The notes beneath the pieces were generated by a model. It saw only the letters and a list, made by a program, of their open reading frames with translations. It was not told where the DNA came from and searched no databases. From the human T2T-CHM13v2.0 reference genome, Homo sapiens, in the NCBI RefSeq assembly GCF_009914755.1, contig NC_060929.1: a stretch of 64,000 nt of DNA, one strand, 5' to 3'. The position numbers were made by a program, and so were the translations under genes. Below are positions 1 through 15,000 of the stretch, in pieces; the first letter of the stretch is position 1; each line of letters opens with the position of its first letter.

Positions 1-19
1 TGCTCTTCCAGCCGGGTAC

Positions 20-230
20 TAAGGAAAATAGGAAGCTCTTGAAGGGTTTTAAGCAAGGCAGTGACCCAGTCAGATCTGCATTATTAAATGACCTCTCTGC
101 CTGCCATGCAGAAAATGGAAGTGATCATAGTGAGACCAGAGTGGGTAAGGGGAGAAGACCGGAGGCTGCTGCAGTGGTCCAGGCTACATATGACGGTGGC
201 GAGGATGCGAGAGTGGGTTGATGGGGTAAT
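20..230 (-). mobile_element. L2 LINE fragment
   Basis: ggaagctcttgaagggttttaagcaaggcagtgac...cagatctgcatt resembles the reverse-complemented L2 consensus. Confidence 0.6.
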
Positions 231-699
231 AAACGTGCTTTACAATTTGTAAAATGCCTTACTATGGACTCACTGTGACCACCCTGTCCCTGGAACCACC
301 CTTTGCAGCTCCACCCCATGCTCCAGTCCAGGCAGAGATGACAGGTTCTCCTTCAAACAGCTGAGGAAAGAGGTGGAGGCTGATGCTCAGGTTGCTGCAG
401 TTCCTGCAAGTCACATGGAGTGTGGAGGAAACTTCAGCCTGTGCAGGAGTCTGGAGCTGCTCAAGATTGCATATCTCTAATGTGTCAATGATAAAGGAGC
501 TTTTGAAAATGATATGTAGTTGAAGGCAGAGTGAGGCAGAGTTTCAGACAGAAGGGCAGGACTATCTCCTTTTTCACTGCATTTATTTCAACCCAAACTC
601 AGCTCTCTTCCAAAGTCCCTGGTGTTCAGCCCCAAGACAAGCTCCGATGGAGCTGCAGGGCCAGAGACCAGTAGCATCCTAGCTCGTGTAAGAGGGAGA

Positions 700-840
700 A
701 GACCTGGCTTCTAGTCCTTGACTTCTTCACTAACCATCTTTCATGAGCCTGGGGCTTATCACTTCACCTCTTTGGACCTCAGTTTCTGCATCTGTAAAAT
801 GGTGATTATCATCCCTCTTGTAGAAATCAACATAAACAAA
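700..840 (+). mobile_element. MIR SINE
   Basis: Core motif cctcagtttctgcatctgtaaaatgg. Confidence 0.7.
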
Positions 841-1303
841 TTATCACATGCTTTTCTTCTTGTCACATGAAAAGCAACAATCTCATAAAGCGGCAGTTTT
901 TCAGGGAGTGTTCTGGGTGCCCTGTAGTGAATGATGAGGAGGGTCGGTGGTGAGACCCTTGACCCTTCCATTCTCTGCTTCAAGGAGGACAGCTCCACTC
1001 TTTAATAGATTGGGATTCTGAGTAAGATTTCATTGAAACAATGGGTTCTGCTGCAAAGAACAAAAACAAAAACAATTTGAAAACCACTGTTACAGAGCAC
1101 TTTTCACTAGGCAATTCAGACATCTGACCTTAATCCAAGGATGGCAAATAGAGCCACTGCCACATCCTGTGCCTGTTTCTGACATTAGTAATCAATCACA
1201 GACTCTTTTTAGTAAAGCCTCAGAATTATTTGCAACACACAATACTTCTAGCAGTCTGTTCCTCAGATGGCATATGAAATAAAACCAATTTTCCACTCTT
1301 TGC

Positions 1304-1477
1304 ATTTATTTATTTTTAAGAAATGGGGTCTCCCTATGTTGCCCAGGCTATAGTGCAATAGCTATTCCTGAATGTGATCATGGCACGCCACAGCCTCCAA
1401 CTCCTGGGTTCAAGTGATCCTCCTGTCTCAGCCTTCCTAGTAGCTGTTACTACAGGTTTGCATCACCAGCAAGGGCT
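1304..1477 (-). mobile_element. FAM-like (7SL-derived) Alu monomer
   Basis: Monomer with tagtgcaatagctattc 7SL-like segment; degenerate TSD caatttt(cc/ta)actcttt. Confidence 0.65.
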
Positions 1478-1821
1478 CAATTTTTAACTCTTTCGATTAT
1501 TCATTGTAGATAGACCTTGAGTGTTCAGTTGAACTGAGAGCAACAGCTGCTTTAAAACTTCATTTGGATAAATAAGTTTTAAGGAAAGATTCAAGTCTGT
1601 TTTCAATGTGTTTTACTAACATATACATTATAAAACAAGATTGATTACTTTTGATCAGTTACAGATTGTCCTTTGTGCTAATATGCCCCACCTACCTCCA
1701 TTTTACATATGCAAATCATACTCATCCTTTAAAGTCCAACTCCAGCACCACCTAGCTACTTCCTCCATGAAGGTGAATTTTCTTCTCTGAGTTTTCACAG
1801 CTTTATCTACTTTGCTCATGG

Positions 1822-2518
<697 letters not shown>

Positions 2519-3937
2519 TGAAGGGTAGCAGAATATGCCACCCCACAATATACCACTTTAGGCCTAAGAATTATTTTGAGCTGAAGACAAATGAGAAGTA
2601 GTTACAAGAAAAGCTCTCTGTCCCTCCTCTATGCTATGATTTGAATGTTTGTCCCCTCCAAAACTCATGTTGAAATTTAATTGCCATTGTAACAGTATTA
2701 AGAGGTGAGACCTTTAAGAGGTGATTTGATTATTGTATTATTTCGTTTTCACTTTGCTATAAATAACTACCTGAGACTGGGTAGTTTATGAAGAAAAGAG
2801 GTTTAATTGACTCAGAGTTCCACATGGCTGGGGAAACTTACAATCATGGCAGAAGGTGAAGAGGAAGCAAGGCACATTACTCCCATGGTGGAGCAGGAGA
2901 GAGAGAGTGCACGTGAAGGGGGAAGTGCCACACACTTTTAAACCAGCAGATCTCATGCGATCTCACTCACTATTATGAGAACAGTAGGGGGGAAATCTGC
3001 CCCCATTATCCAATCACCTCCTACCAGACCCTTCATTCAATTCAACATGAGATTTGGGCAGGGACACAAATCTAAACCATATTAGTCATAAAGGCTCCAC
3101 CCTCATGGTTGGGATTCGTGCCATTAATAAAAAGATGAATTTGACCCTCTCTTGCCCTCTTGTCTTCCTCCATGTGATGACACAGCAAGAAGGTTCTTGC
3201 TAGATGCCAGTACCTTGATATTGGATTTCCCAGCCTCCAAGAACTGTAAGCCAATAAATTTCTGTTCATAGTAAATTATCCAGTCTCAGATATTCTGTTA
3301 TAGCAGCACAAAACAGACTACAACACCCTATTTGCCTAAAAGCAGGACATATATTTTCTTTTTATTTATTTTTAGGTAAGCTCTCCCTATGTTGCCCAGG
3401 CTGGTCTCAAACTCCTGTGCTCAAGTGATCCTCTTCCCTTCAGTGTCTGGAGTAGCTGGGATTACAGGCAAACACTATGGTACCCAGCTATGGACATAAA
3501 TTTATAAAGCTGTCCCCCATCCCTTCTCTATCAGGAAGGGAAGAAGTTAATCACCAGAGGCAATTCTAGACCCTTACCAGCCTGGAGACTAAACCAGAAG
3601 AATCTATATAGCAAACCTTACTGACTAGCCCTTATCTGCCATTAGTTAACCCATATATTTACTTTCCCACAATTTGCTACCCTAGAAACTAAAAGCCCTT
3701 TTCCTTCATCTTGTCACTTCTCTAAGTCTAATCTTTGTTGATTAAGATGCTGTGTAAGCCCCTATTCTAACCCCCACTTTGAATTACTCATCATTCATTG
3801 CTCATGTGTATATGTTGATACATGTGTTAATAAACTTCAGTTTATTCTCCTCTTGTTAACATTTTATCAGTTTGATTTAGGGGTCCCAGTCATTGAACCT
3901 AGGCGGGTGGAGGGAAAAGGCTTTTTCCTTTCCTACA
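2519..3937 (+). mobile_element. MER34-like ERV1 LTR interrupted by an MST MaLR LTR (2632-3325, +) containing a second MST/THE1-type LTR (2734-3084, -), plus a FLAM (about 3353-3490, -)
   Basis: tgaagggtagcagaatatgccacccc...ttcctaca termini; outer MaLR tgctatgatttgaatg...cagactacaaca; inner MaLR tgtatta...aaaccatatta. Confidence 0.72.
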
Positions 3938-4189
3938 TCTCCAAGGAGACAGCTCTGGGAAAGCATGATACCCATCTTCATACACATTTGTATTGCTACA
4001 AAGTAGCTCAGTAGCTACTCAGTAAATATTTGTGGAAAGAATGAATCAACATAAGCCAATCTGAGTACTAGCCCAAAAGGCTGTTTCATTTTGTTAAACT
4101 ACGACCTGAAGTGTAATCAGTTCTGTTGGTTCTGTTGGCAAATGGAAAGTAGTTGCTAAAATGTAAATTCTAGGACAGCAAGTAATCTT

Positions 4190-4290
4190 TGTTTGGTTCC
4201 TGCTTCACTGATGCCTAGAACAGTGCCTGGCATACAGTAGGCCCTTAATTTATCTTAGTTGAATGAATGGAAAAATGAATGAATAAATTA
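4190..4290 (+). mobile_element. L2 3' end
   Basis: cctagaacagtgcctggcatacagtagg...ttgaatgaatg. Confidence 0.7.
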
Positions 4291-4880
4291 TGGTTGGAGA
4301 GAATACTTCAGCCTGGCAATGATTTGTCTTGTGTTTATCCCGTGTGAAGTTAAGACATTAAATGACTAACAGGGTCTACCCATTTTTGAAATCTGCTGGA
4401 CAATCTGCTGCCTGGTTATTTCTGCAGAAACCTGCACATTCACATTTTCCTAAACAGTTAAGAGTTGAGGGCGTGGTATGTGATCAAAGCATGACTTGTA
4501 CCTCTAATTGGGAGTTTACTTATCCTTGCCTTGTAGAAATTTGAATAGATTTGATCCTTCAAAGATGAAAATACTCTGCAAAATTTTTCTGTTTTCATTT
4601 GTTAAAACAACTCCTGAAATTGTGTTATTTATGCTGAATCTGGCAAATGACTATTGCTATCTTCCAGGGTCATCCTGCCAAGAGAGCTATTGTCAGAGTT
4701 TCAATTTGTCTTTGTTGTGAGCAACTATTTGACAGTTTGCTATCAAGCAGGATTGTTCAATGATTTGATACTTTGCTGTATTGTTGGTTGTGCACTGGCT
4801 GATGGAGAAATCCACATTCAGAGTGTGTGATAACATTCCCAATCTCCAGACAAAATATTCACATTAGAGGGGTGGCTTTT

Positions 4881-7880
4881 TTTTTTTTTTTTTTAATTTA
4901 TTTTTTTATTGATAATTCTTGGGTGTTTCTCACAGAGGGGGATTTGGCAGGGTCATGGGACAATAGTGGAGGGAAGGTCAGCAGATAAACAAGTGAACAA
5001 AGGTCTCTGGTTTTCCTAGGCAGAGGACCCTGCGGCCTTCCGCAGTGTTTGTGTCCCTGATTACTTGAGATTAGGGAGTGGTGATGACTCTTAACGAGCA
5101 TGCTGCCTTCAAGCATCTGTTTAACAAAGCACATCTTGCACCGCCCTTAATCCATTTAACCCTGAGTGGACATAGCACATGTTTCAGAGAGCACAGGGTT
5201 GGGGGTAAGGATCCCAAGGCAGAGGAATTTTTCTTAGTGCAGAACAAAATGAAAAGTCTCCCATGTCTACTTCTTTCTACACAGACACGGCAACCATCCG
5301 ATTTCTCAATCTTTTCCCCACCTTTCCCGCCTTTCTATTCCACAAAGCCGCCATTGTCATCCTGGCCCGTTCTCAATGAGCTGTTGGGCACACCTCCCAG
5401 ACGGGGTGGTGGCCGGGCAGAGGGGCTCCTCACCTCCCAGTAGGGGCGGCCGGGCAGAGGCGCCCCTCACCTCCCGGACGGGGCGGCTGGCCGGGCAGGG
5501 GGGCTGACCCCCCCCACCTCCCTCCCGAACGGGGCGGCTGGCCGGGCGGGGGGCTGACCCCCCCACCTCCCTCCCGAACGGGGCGGCTGGCCGGGCAGAG
5601 GGGCTCCTCACTTCCCAGTAGGGGCGGCCGGGCAGAGGCGCCCCTCACCTCCCGGACGGGGCGGCTGGCCGGGCGGGGGGGCTGACCCCCCCCACCTCCC
5701 TCCCGGACGGGGCGGCTGGCCGGGCGGGGGGCTGACACCCCCACCTCCCTCCCGGACGGGGCGGCTGGCCGGGCAGGGGGGCTGGCCCCCCCTACCTCCC
5801 TCCCGGACGGGGCGGCTGGCTGGGTGGGGGGGCTGACCCCCCCCACCTCCCTCCCGGACGGGGCGGCTGGCCGGGCAGGGGGGCTGACCCCCCCCACCTC
5901 CCTCCCGGACGGGGCGGCTGGCCGGGCAGGGGGCCGGCCCCCCCACCTCCCTTTCGGATGGGGCGGCTGGCCGGGCGGGGGGCCGACCCCCCCACCTCCC
6001 TCCCGGACGGGGCGGCTGGCCGGGCGGGGGGCCGACCCCCCCACCTCCCTCCCGGACGGGGCGGCTGGCCGGGCAGAGGGGCTCCTCACTTCCCAGTAGG
6101 GGCGGCCGGGCAGAGGCGCCCCTCACCTCCCGGACGGGGCGGCTGGCCGGGCGGGGGGGCTGACCCCCCCCACCTCCCTCCCGGACGGGGCGGCTGGCCG
6201 GGCGGGGGGCCGACCCCCCCACCTCCCTCCCGGACGGGGCGGCTGGCCGGGCAGAGGGGCTCCTCACTTCCCAGTAGGGGCGGCCGGGCAGAGGCGCCCC
6301 TCACCTCCCAGACGGGGCGGCTGGCCGGGCGGAGGGCTGACCCCCCCACCTCCCTCCCGGACAGGGCGGCTGGCCGGGCGGGGGGCCGACCCCCCCACCT
6401 CCCTCCCGGACGGGGCGGCTGGCCGGGCAGAGGGGCTCCTCACTTCCCAGTAGGGGCGGCCGGGCAGAGGCGCCCCTCACCTCCCAGACGGGGCGGCTGG
6501 CCGGGCGGAGGGCTGACCCCCCCACCTCCCTCCCGGACAGGGCGGCTGGCCGGGCGGGGGGCTGACCCCCCCACCTCCCTCCCGGAAGGGGCGGCTGGCC
6601 GGGCAGAGGGGCTCCTCACTTCCCAGTAGGGGCGGCCGGGCAGAGGCGCCCCTCACCTCCCAGACGGGGCGGCTGGCCGGGCGGAGGGCTGACCCCCCCA
6701 CCTCCCTCCCGGACGGGGCGGCTGGCCAGGCGGGGGGGCTGACCCCCCCATCTCCCTCCCGGACGGGGTGGCTGGCCGGGTGGGGGGGCTGACCCCCCCA
6801 TCTCCCTCCCGGACGGGGCGGCTGGCCGGGCCTAGGGGCTCCTCACTTCCCAGTAGGGGCGGCCGGGCAGAGGCGCCCCTCACCTCCCGGACGGGGCGGC
6901 TGGCCGGGCGGGGGGCTGACCCCCCCACCTCCCTCCCGGACGGCACGGCTGGCCGGGCGGGGGGGCTGACCCCCCACCTCCCTCCCGGATGGGGCGGCTG
7001 GCCGGGCGGGGGGCTGACCCCCCCCACCTCCCTCCCGGACGGGGTGGCTGCCGGGCGGAGACGCTCCTCACTTCCCAGATGGGGTGGCTGCCAGGCGGAG
7101 AGGCTCCTCACTTCTCAGACGGGGTGGTTGCCAGGCAGAGGGTCTCCTCACTTCTCAGACGGGGCGGCCGGGCAGAGACGCTCCTCACCTCCCAGACGGG
7201 GTCTCGGCCGGGCTGAGGCGCTCCTCACATCCCAGATGGGGCGGCGGGGCAGAGGCGCTCCCCACATCTCAGACGATGGGCGGCCGGGCAGAGACGCTCC
7301 TCACTTCCTAGATGTGATGGCGGCTGGGAAGAGGCGCTCCTCACTTCCTAGATGGGATGGCGGCCGGGCGGAGACGCTCCTCACTTTCCAGACTGGGCAG
7401 CCAGGCAGAGGGGCTCCTCACATCCCAGATGATGGGCGGCCAGGCATAGACACTCCTCACTTCCCAGACGGGGTGGCGGCCGGGCAGAGGCTGCAATCTC
7501 GGCACTTTGGGAGGCCAAGGCAGGCGGCTGGGAGGTGTAGGTTGTAGTGAGCCGAGATCACGCCACTGCACTCCAGCCTGGGCACCATTGAGCACTGAGT
7601 GAACGAGACTCCGTCTGCAATCCCGGCACCTCGGGAGGCCGAGGTTGGCGGATCACTCGCGGTTAGGGGCTGGAGACCGGCCCGGCCAACACAGCGAAAC
7701 CCCGTCTCCACCAAAACCAGTCAGGCGTGGCGGCGCGTGCCTGCAATCGCAGGCATTCGGCAGACTGAGGCAGGAGAATCAGGCAGGGAGGTTGCAGTGA
7801 GCCGAGATGGCAGCAGTACAGTCCAGCTTCGGCTCCGCATGAGAGGGAGACCGTGGAGAGGGAGAGGGAGAGGGAGAGGG
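4881..7880 (-). mobile_element. SVA retrotransposon, near full length (3.0 kb), probably human-specific SVA_F
   Basis: On the minus strand: (CCCTCT)n at 7857-7886, Alu-like domain about 7490-7850, GC-rich VNTR about 5390-7490, SINE-R about 4915-5390, AATAAA plus poly(A); TSD AGAGGGGTGGCTTTT at 4866-4880 and 7881-7895 ending at a TTTT/AA L1 endonuclease site; CTCATGCGGAGCC and GGTTTTGGTGGAGAC match the recalled SVA_F consensus. Confidence 0.95.
5390..7490. repeat. SVA VNTR (about 40-50 bp GC-rich units with higher-order structure)
   Basis: Recurring units such as gacggggcggctggccgggcgggggg-ctgacccccccacctccctcccg. Confidence 0.95.
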
Positions 7881-7911
7881 AGAGGGGTGGCTTTTAAAGC
7901 TTGTTATTTGT

Positions 7912-8197
7912 GGCCGAGTGTGATGGCTCACACCTATAATCCTAGCACTTTGTGGGGCTGAGGCAGATGGATCACTTCAGGCCAGGAGTTCGAGACCAGC
8001 TTGGCCAACACGGTGAAACCCTGTCTCTACTAAAAATACAAAAATTAGCCAGGTGTGGTGGCAGACACCTGTAGTCCCAGCTACTCAGGAGGCTGAGCCA
8101 GGAGAATCGCTTGAACCCAGGAGGCGGAGATTACAGTTAAGATAGCACCACTGCACTCCAGCCTGGGCAACAGAGAAAGACTCTGTCTCAAAAAAAA
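7912..8197 (+). mobile_element. AluS
   Basis: Dimeric Alu with A-tail. Confidence 0.9.
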
Positions 8198-8246
8198 CCT
8201 TGGTATTTGTAATCCACTGTCTGGCGCATAATAAGTGCTTAAGTAA

Positions 8247-8687
<441 letters not shown>

Positions 8688-9259
8688 TAATTAATGTGGG
8701 CATGCTATTGTTTTCCTGTCTGGCCTAGTATTGCCAAATGGCTCGATTAATGCAATAAAACTCAAGAGGGCTTGATCTTCCTTTAACATTTATAATTAAC
8801 AGGGGCTCAGTTCTGTGCTAAAAAGGTCTGAGTAGAGAATTTATTGGGCCCTTTGCCTATTCAAACTAGTATATAACCATTAACTAGTTAATCCAAATAG
8901 CCCCTTAGGGAGGCTTGGTGGAGCCATTATCTGTACATTACTGAAAGCCAGGTGGCCTGCTCATGTCGGAGCTGGTTTACAATGGCTGCCAACTGGAGGC
9001 CAGCCCTTCTTCGCTAGGATTGGTCAACTGCTTCCCTCCCAGGCACTCACACATCTGTCTGCATTTTTTCTGACATAAGAGGAACCCCATTTTGCTGCCT
9101 TCCAGCCCTACTTGCGAGTGACCTTATTCCCACTACCCTCTCTTCTCAGACACCCCGCCCCAAAAACCATCTGGTGGAAGTGCTAGCCCTTTGAAGCGAG
9201 GCTTGGTGACCTTATATTTCAGAAATTATCCCAACTTGCATGCCGACCTCAGCAATTAA

Positions 9260-9482
9260 GGCTTTGGAGTCAGGCAACTCAGGTTCAAATCTTGCTTCTG
9301 ATGCTTAGTAGCTGTGTGACTTTGCACAAATTATTCAATCCTTCTTTAACCTCCATTTCCTTCTCTGTGATATGGGGGTTCACAATACTTACCTATGGCA
9401 TTGTTGCAAGAATTAATGACATCATGTCTGTAATCACTTGGCATGATGCTGGCACATAGTAAGTGCTCAATTTATTGTAGCT
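9260..9482 (+). mobile_element. MIR SINE
   Basis: ggctttggagtcagg...gctgtgtgacttt...ggcacatagtaagtgctcaa. Confidence 0.75.
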
Positions 9483-10249
9483 ATCAAATTAGTAGGCCTT
9501 GTTACAAATTGCCTCCAGAAGGAAAAATAAGACACTTCTAAACCATTACATCTGGTCTTTTGAACAAAACTCACCTGAAAAATCTATAGACAGACTAGAA
9601 ACAAGGCTCTCAAAGTGAGATGGAGCAGGTCTGACCTGTAAATATCCATGTTGTCAAGCTCAGAATATACATATATAATGAGAAAGGAGTATGCCTCATA
9701 GAACTTATGCACCTGGATACAGCAAATTGAAGAGAAAGCAGACACACTTTGGAGAAATGCATTTAGTACCCTTGGGAGGCCGAGCTGAAGTATAGCTGAG
9801 TAACCAGTATTTTGAAATTTATCTGCTTTCCTGATGCTTTATAGCCTCCATATAAAACCAGTCTAATGACCTCCTTACCGCGCCTGAACAATTTGCTGAT
9901 GGAGCTGCAGGTTTCTGTGGGCGTGTGTGTGTGTGTGTGGGGCGGTGGGGGGGGCTTTTATTTCATTTCTGGAATAAAGGAAGTACAAAGACATTAACTC
10001 TGAATCCATCAAAGAAAGAACTCTGTAATTGCAATTTGGCAGTGAGTGTGTTTTTGCTGTGTGCACTGTGAAAGCCAATGATGATTAATCCTGCACATTT
10101 ATCAGAGCCCAAGAGTAGAGACACAATAATGACAAACGGCATCAGGCAAGATAATGGTTGCGTTTGATCACTACAGACTTGGGCCTGCTGTGATGTACAG
10201 GGGTGGTAGCATCAACCAGATCTCAGCCAAGAAATGAAAACCTGCATGC

Positions 10250-10852
<603 letters not shown>

Positions 10853-11099
10853 GCTGTTCTACAGTCAGACGTTAACAGGTGAGGCAGACACCGCTTGAGT
10901 TTGCTTCTTGGCACACAGTGATTCCTCTTTTTCAGATGACTGCTTTTGTCTTGATTCCAGGGTTGAGTGGTCTCCTAGGTGCTGGTTTTTGACCAGAGGA
11001 TGAAATGTGACTCAAACCTGTCAGAGTGCTTCCGTGAGAATGCTGGAAGTCGTAACATGGCAGTTGGAGCCGTAACACGTAAAGTGAAGTGATCTAGAC

Positions 11100-11446
11100 C
11101 AGGGGTCCCCAACCCCTGGGTCGTGGACCTGTACCAGTCCATGGCCTATTAGGAACTGGGCTGCATAGCAGGAGGTGAGTAGCAGGTGAGCAAGCATTAC
11201 TGCCTGAGCTCCGCCTGCTCTCAGATCAGCAGTGACATTAGATTCTCATAGGAGCAGGAACTCTATTGTGAACTGTGCATGTGAGGGATCTAGGGTATGC
11301 ACTCAGCACCACTTATGAAAATCTAACTAATGCCTGATGATCTGAGGTGGAACAGTTTCATCCCAAAAGCATCCCTCCATCCCCTGTCCACGGAAATTGT
11401 CTTCCATGAAACCAGTCCCTGGTGCCAAAATGGTTGGGGACTGCTG
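11100..11446 (+). mobile_element. MER1B (hAT-Charlie) DNA transposon
   Basis: TIRs caggggtccccaacc / ggttggggactgctg; 8-bp TSD atctagac/ctctagac fits the NTCTAGAN target preference. Confidence 0.88.
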
Positions 11447-11734
11447 CTCTAGACAGCCATGATTTTCTATCCTATGGGTCAGGAAAGCAGATGGAGGTTA
11501 TCTGCAAAGATAAGATAGAGACAAAGCACATGTGTAGGTTTAGAGAGGTACAGGTGAAAGATGGGGAGTGCTGCTGGTGTTTGAGTCTCTGGTTGCAACA
11601 TATATTTGCCCCAGCTAAATTATCATGCTTTGTCCTGTGAGATACCCTGGATTGCTACTATACATGTCCACTTTTTTTCACTTAATCTAGCACAAATGGG
11701 TTTCTCACTGCTAAAAGAGTCTGAATAATTCTGA

Positions 11735-12228
<494 letters not shown>

Positions 12229-12483
12229 GCATTCTTTTTCTTAAAGAGGGTTATCCAAATTGTATAAACCTCAGGCTCCACAAAATGTGAATTTTCCCTG
12301 TATACCCATTCCTCTCTGTGGTTGCAGATACAAACTTTTGGTAATTTCAGAAAGACTATTCCTCCATAACTCCAAATTTATAACTTCTTTAGGTCCTTTG
12401 ACGAGCCTCCCTCTGCCTGCAATGTTCTGCCTCCAGACTTTTCAGGAGTTGGCTCCTTCTTACAAATCAGGTCTTACTTTCAA

Positions 12484-13176
12484 TGTGTCAAAGAGTAACA
12501 GAGCCACTTGTTACAGGTGGTAAGACAAAAAAAATTTATTCAGTACTACTGCCACAAGGGAGAGAGACTTCAGTGTAAAGGCAGCTCAACTCCACCAAAA
12601 CAAAAGCTTGAAAGCCTTTTAAATCCCGGAGTGTGCTAAAGGAAAGATACTAAAGGACATTAAGGGGGCTTTAGTCTACCTGATTGGGCTATCTGGGTTT
12701 GTTAACTGGAACTTCTGTGGAGGAGAAACAAACTGCTCCTATCATTAGGGCAGGAGGTAGTTTTGTAAATTGGAGCAAGGCACCCACAGAAGTTAGGCTC
12801 TTACTCTCCCAAAGGAACTGGGAGACAGAAGTACTACCTCCCTGGATGTCTGCCTTTCAAAGAGATGGCTCCTATGTCCTTGAGGAAACTTTTCTGAATG
12901 GTAACATATTTACATCTTAAAGGGGCAGGGAAAGGATTCATAATGGCAAGCTTTCTAAAGTAAAGGCTCTAAGAGTAAAGAAATCAGGAACCTATTGTCA
13001 GGTCTTGGTGGGAACAGTACATTTTTTTGGCAGTGTTGAGCTTTCTCAAGCAGGCACTTAAAGTGGGGCTGGGGCCAGAAGTCATGCTAGAGTTTAGTCA
13101 AGTCTCTTAGTGCAGCAAGGTTGGGAGGGTGGTCAATGGTATTGGATGGAGTCATTTGTGCCAAGGGTTTTGTAGT
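12484..13176 (-). mobile_element. ERV1 LTR (MER31/MER67-like) inserted in an L2 fragment (about 12320-13420)
   Basis: LTR-like sequence with tttatt (reverse poly(A) signal) near 12535; L2 resumes at ctcaaatgtcacc and ends gcctggcacataagaggcattcaataaac. Confidence 0.5.
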
Positions 13177-13387
13177 TCTCAAATGTCACCACCTTCAGAA
13201 GGCATTCTCTCTATAACTCACCCAAGGAGTTCCTTCACATCATCTTGTTTTCTTGACAACTTCTTGACCTTTATTTTCTTACATATGCCACCTCCTACTT
13301 TTTCTAAAATGAAAGTACCATAAGAGCAGGAATACTGTCTTGCTCGCTGCTGTAGCCCCAGCATCTAGAACAGTGCCTGGCACATAA

Positions 13388-14195
<808 letters not shown>

Positions 14196-14624
14196 TAGGC
14201 TATGCCTGTGTTCCAGGTACTGGGCTAAGTGTTTCACAAACATTATCTCAAACGAATCCTCACAGCAACCTTTTAAGGTAGGCTATTCACTCAAGACTGC
14301 ATTTGGCTGCGTGTAACCAAATCCTGACAACAGTGGCTTAACCCACTAAGAGTTAATTTCATCATGTAACAAGAAGTCTGGGGCATGTGGTCCAGGATTT
14401 ATCACGAACCCACCAAGGCCTGGGTTTCCTGTTTTCCTGCTGTCTCGTTCCTAGAGTGTGGCTCTTATAAGACGATTGCAACCATTCTAGGTGTCATTTT
14501 CTTTCTTCAGGCAGGAACAGGGGAAGAATAAAGTTCAAAGAGTATGTATCAGCTGAATCTCTCCCTTCTGATGAGGGATACAATTGTCTTGGAAGCTCCT
14601 TATATGATAATACTGTTTATACCT

Positions 14625-15000
14625 TGATACAGTTAGGCTTTGTGTCCCCACCCAAATCTTATTGTGAATTGTAATCCCCATAATCCCCAGGTGTCAAGGG
14701 AAAGACCAGGTGTAGGTAACTGAATCATGGGGAAAATCAGTTTTCTCCATGCTGTTCTCCCGAGAGTAAGTCCTCACAAGATCTGATGGTTTTATAAGGG
14801 GCTCTTTCCCCTTCACTCAGCACCTTTCCTTCCTGCTGCCGTGTGAAGGTGCCTTGCTTCCCCTTCATCTTCTGCCATGATTGTAAGTTTCCTGAGGCCT
14901 CCTCAGCCATGCTGAACTGTGAGTCAATTAAGCCTCTTTCCTTTATAAATTACCCAGGCTTGGGCAGTTGTTTACAGCAATGTGAAAACAGACTAATACA
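14625..15000 (+). mobile_element. THE1C/D solo MaLR LTR within an older MLT1-like LTR (about 14290-15310)
   Basis: tgatacagttaggctttgtgtccccaccc...gactaataca; perfect 5-bp TSD TACCT. Confidence 0.87.

Noticed and set aside
5390-7490. Regularly spaced repeats resembling a CRISPR array
   Set aside because: No unique spacers and no cas genes; it is the SVA VNTR in a primate genome
4898-7961. Many long Pro/Gly/Arg-rich ORFs (up to 259 aa) on both strands
   Set aside because: They are translations of the stop-poor SVA VNTR, Alu-like and SINE-R domains; SVA is non-coding
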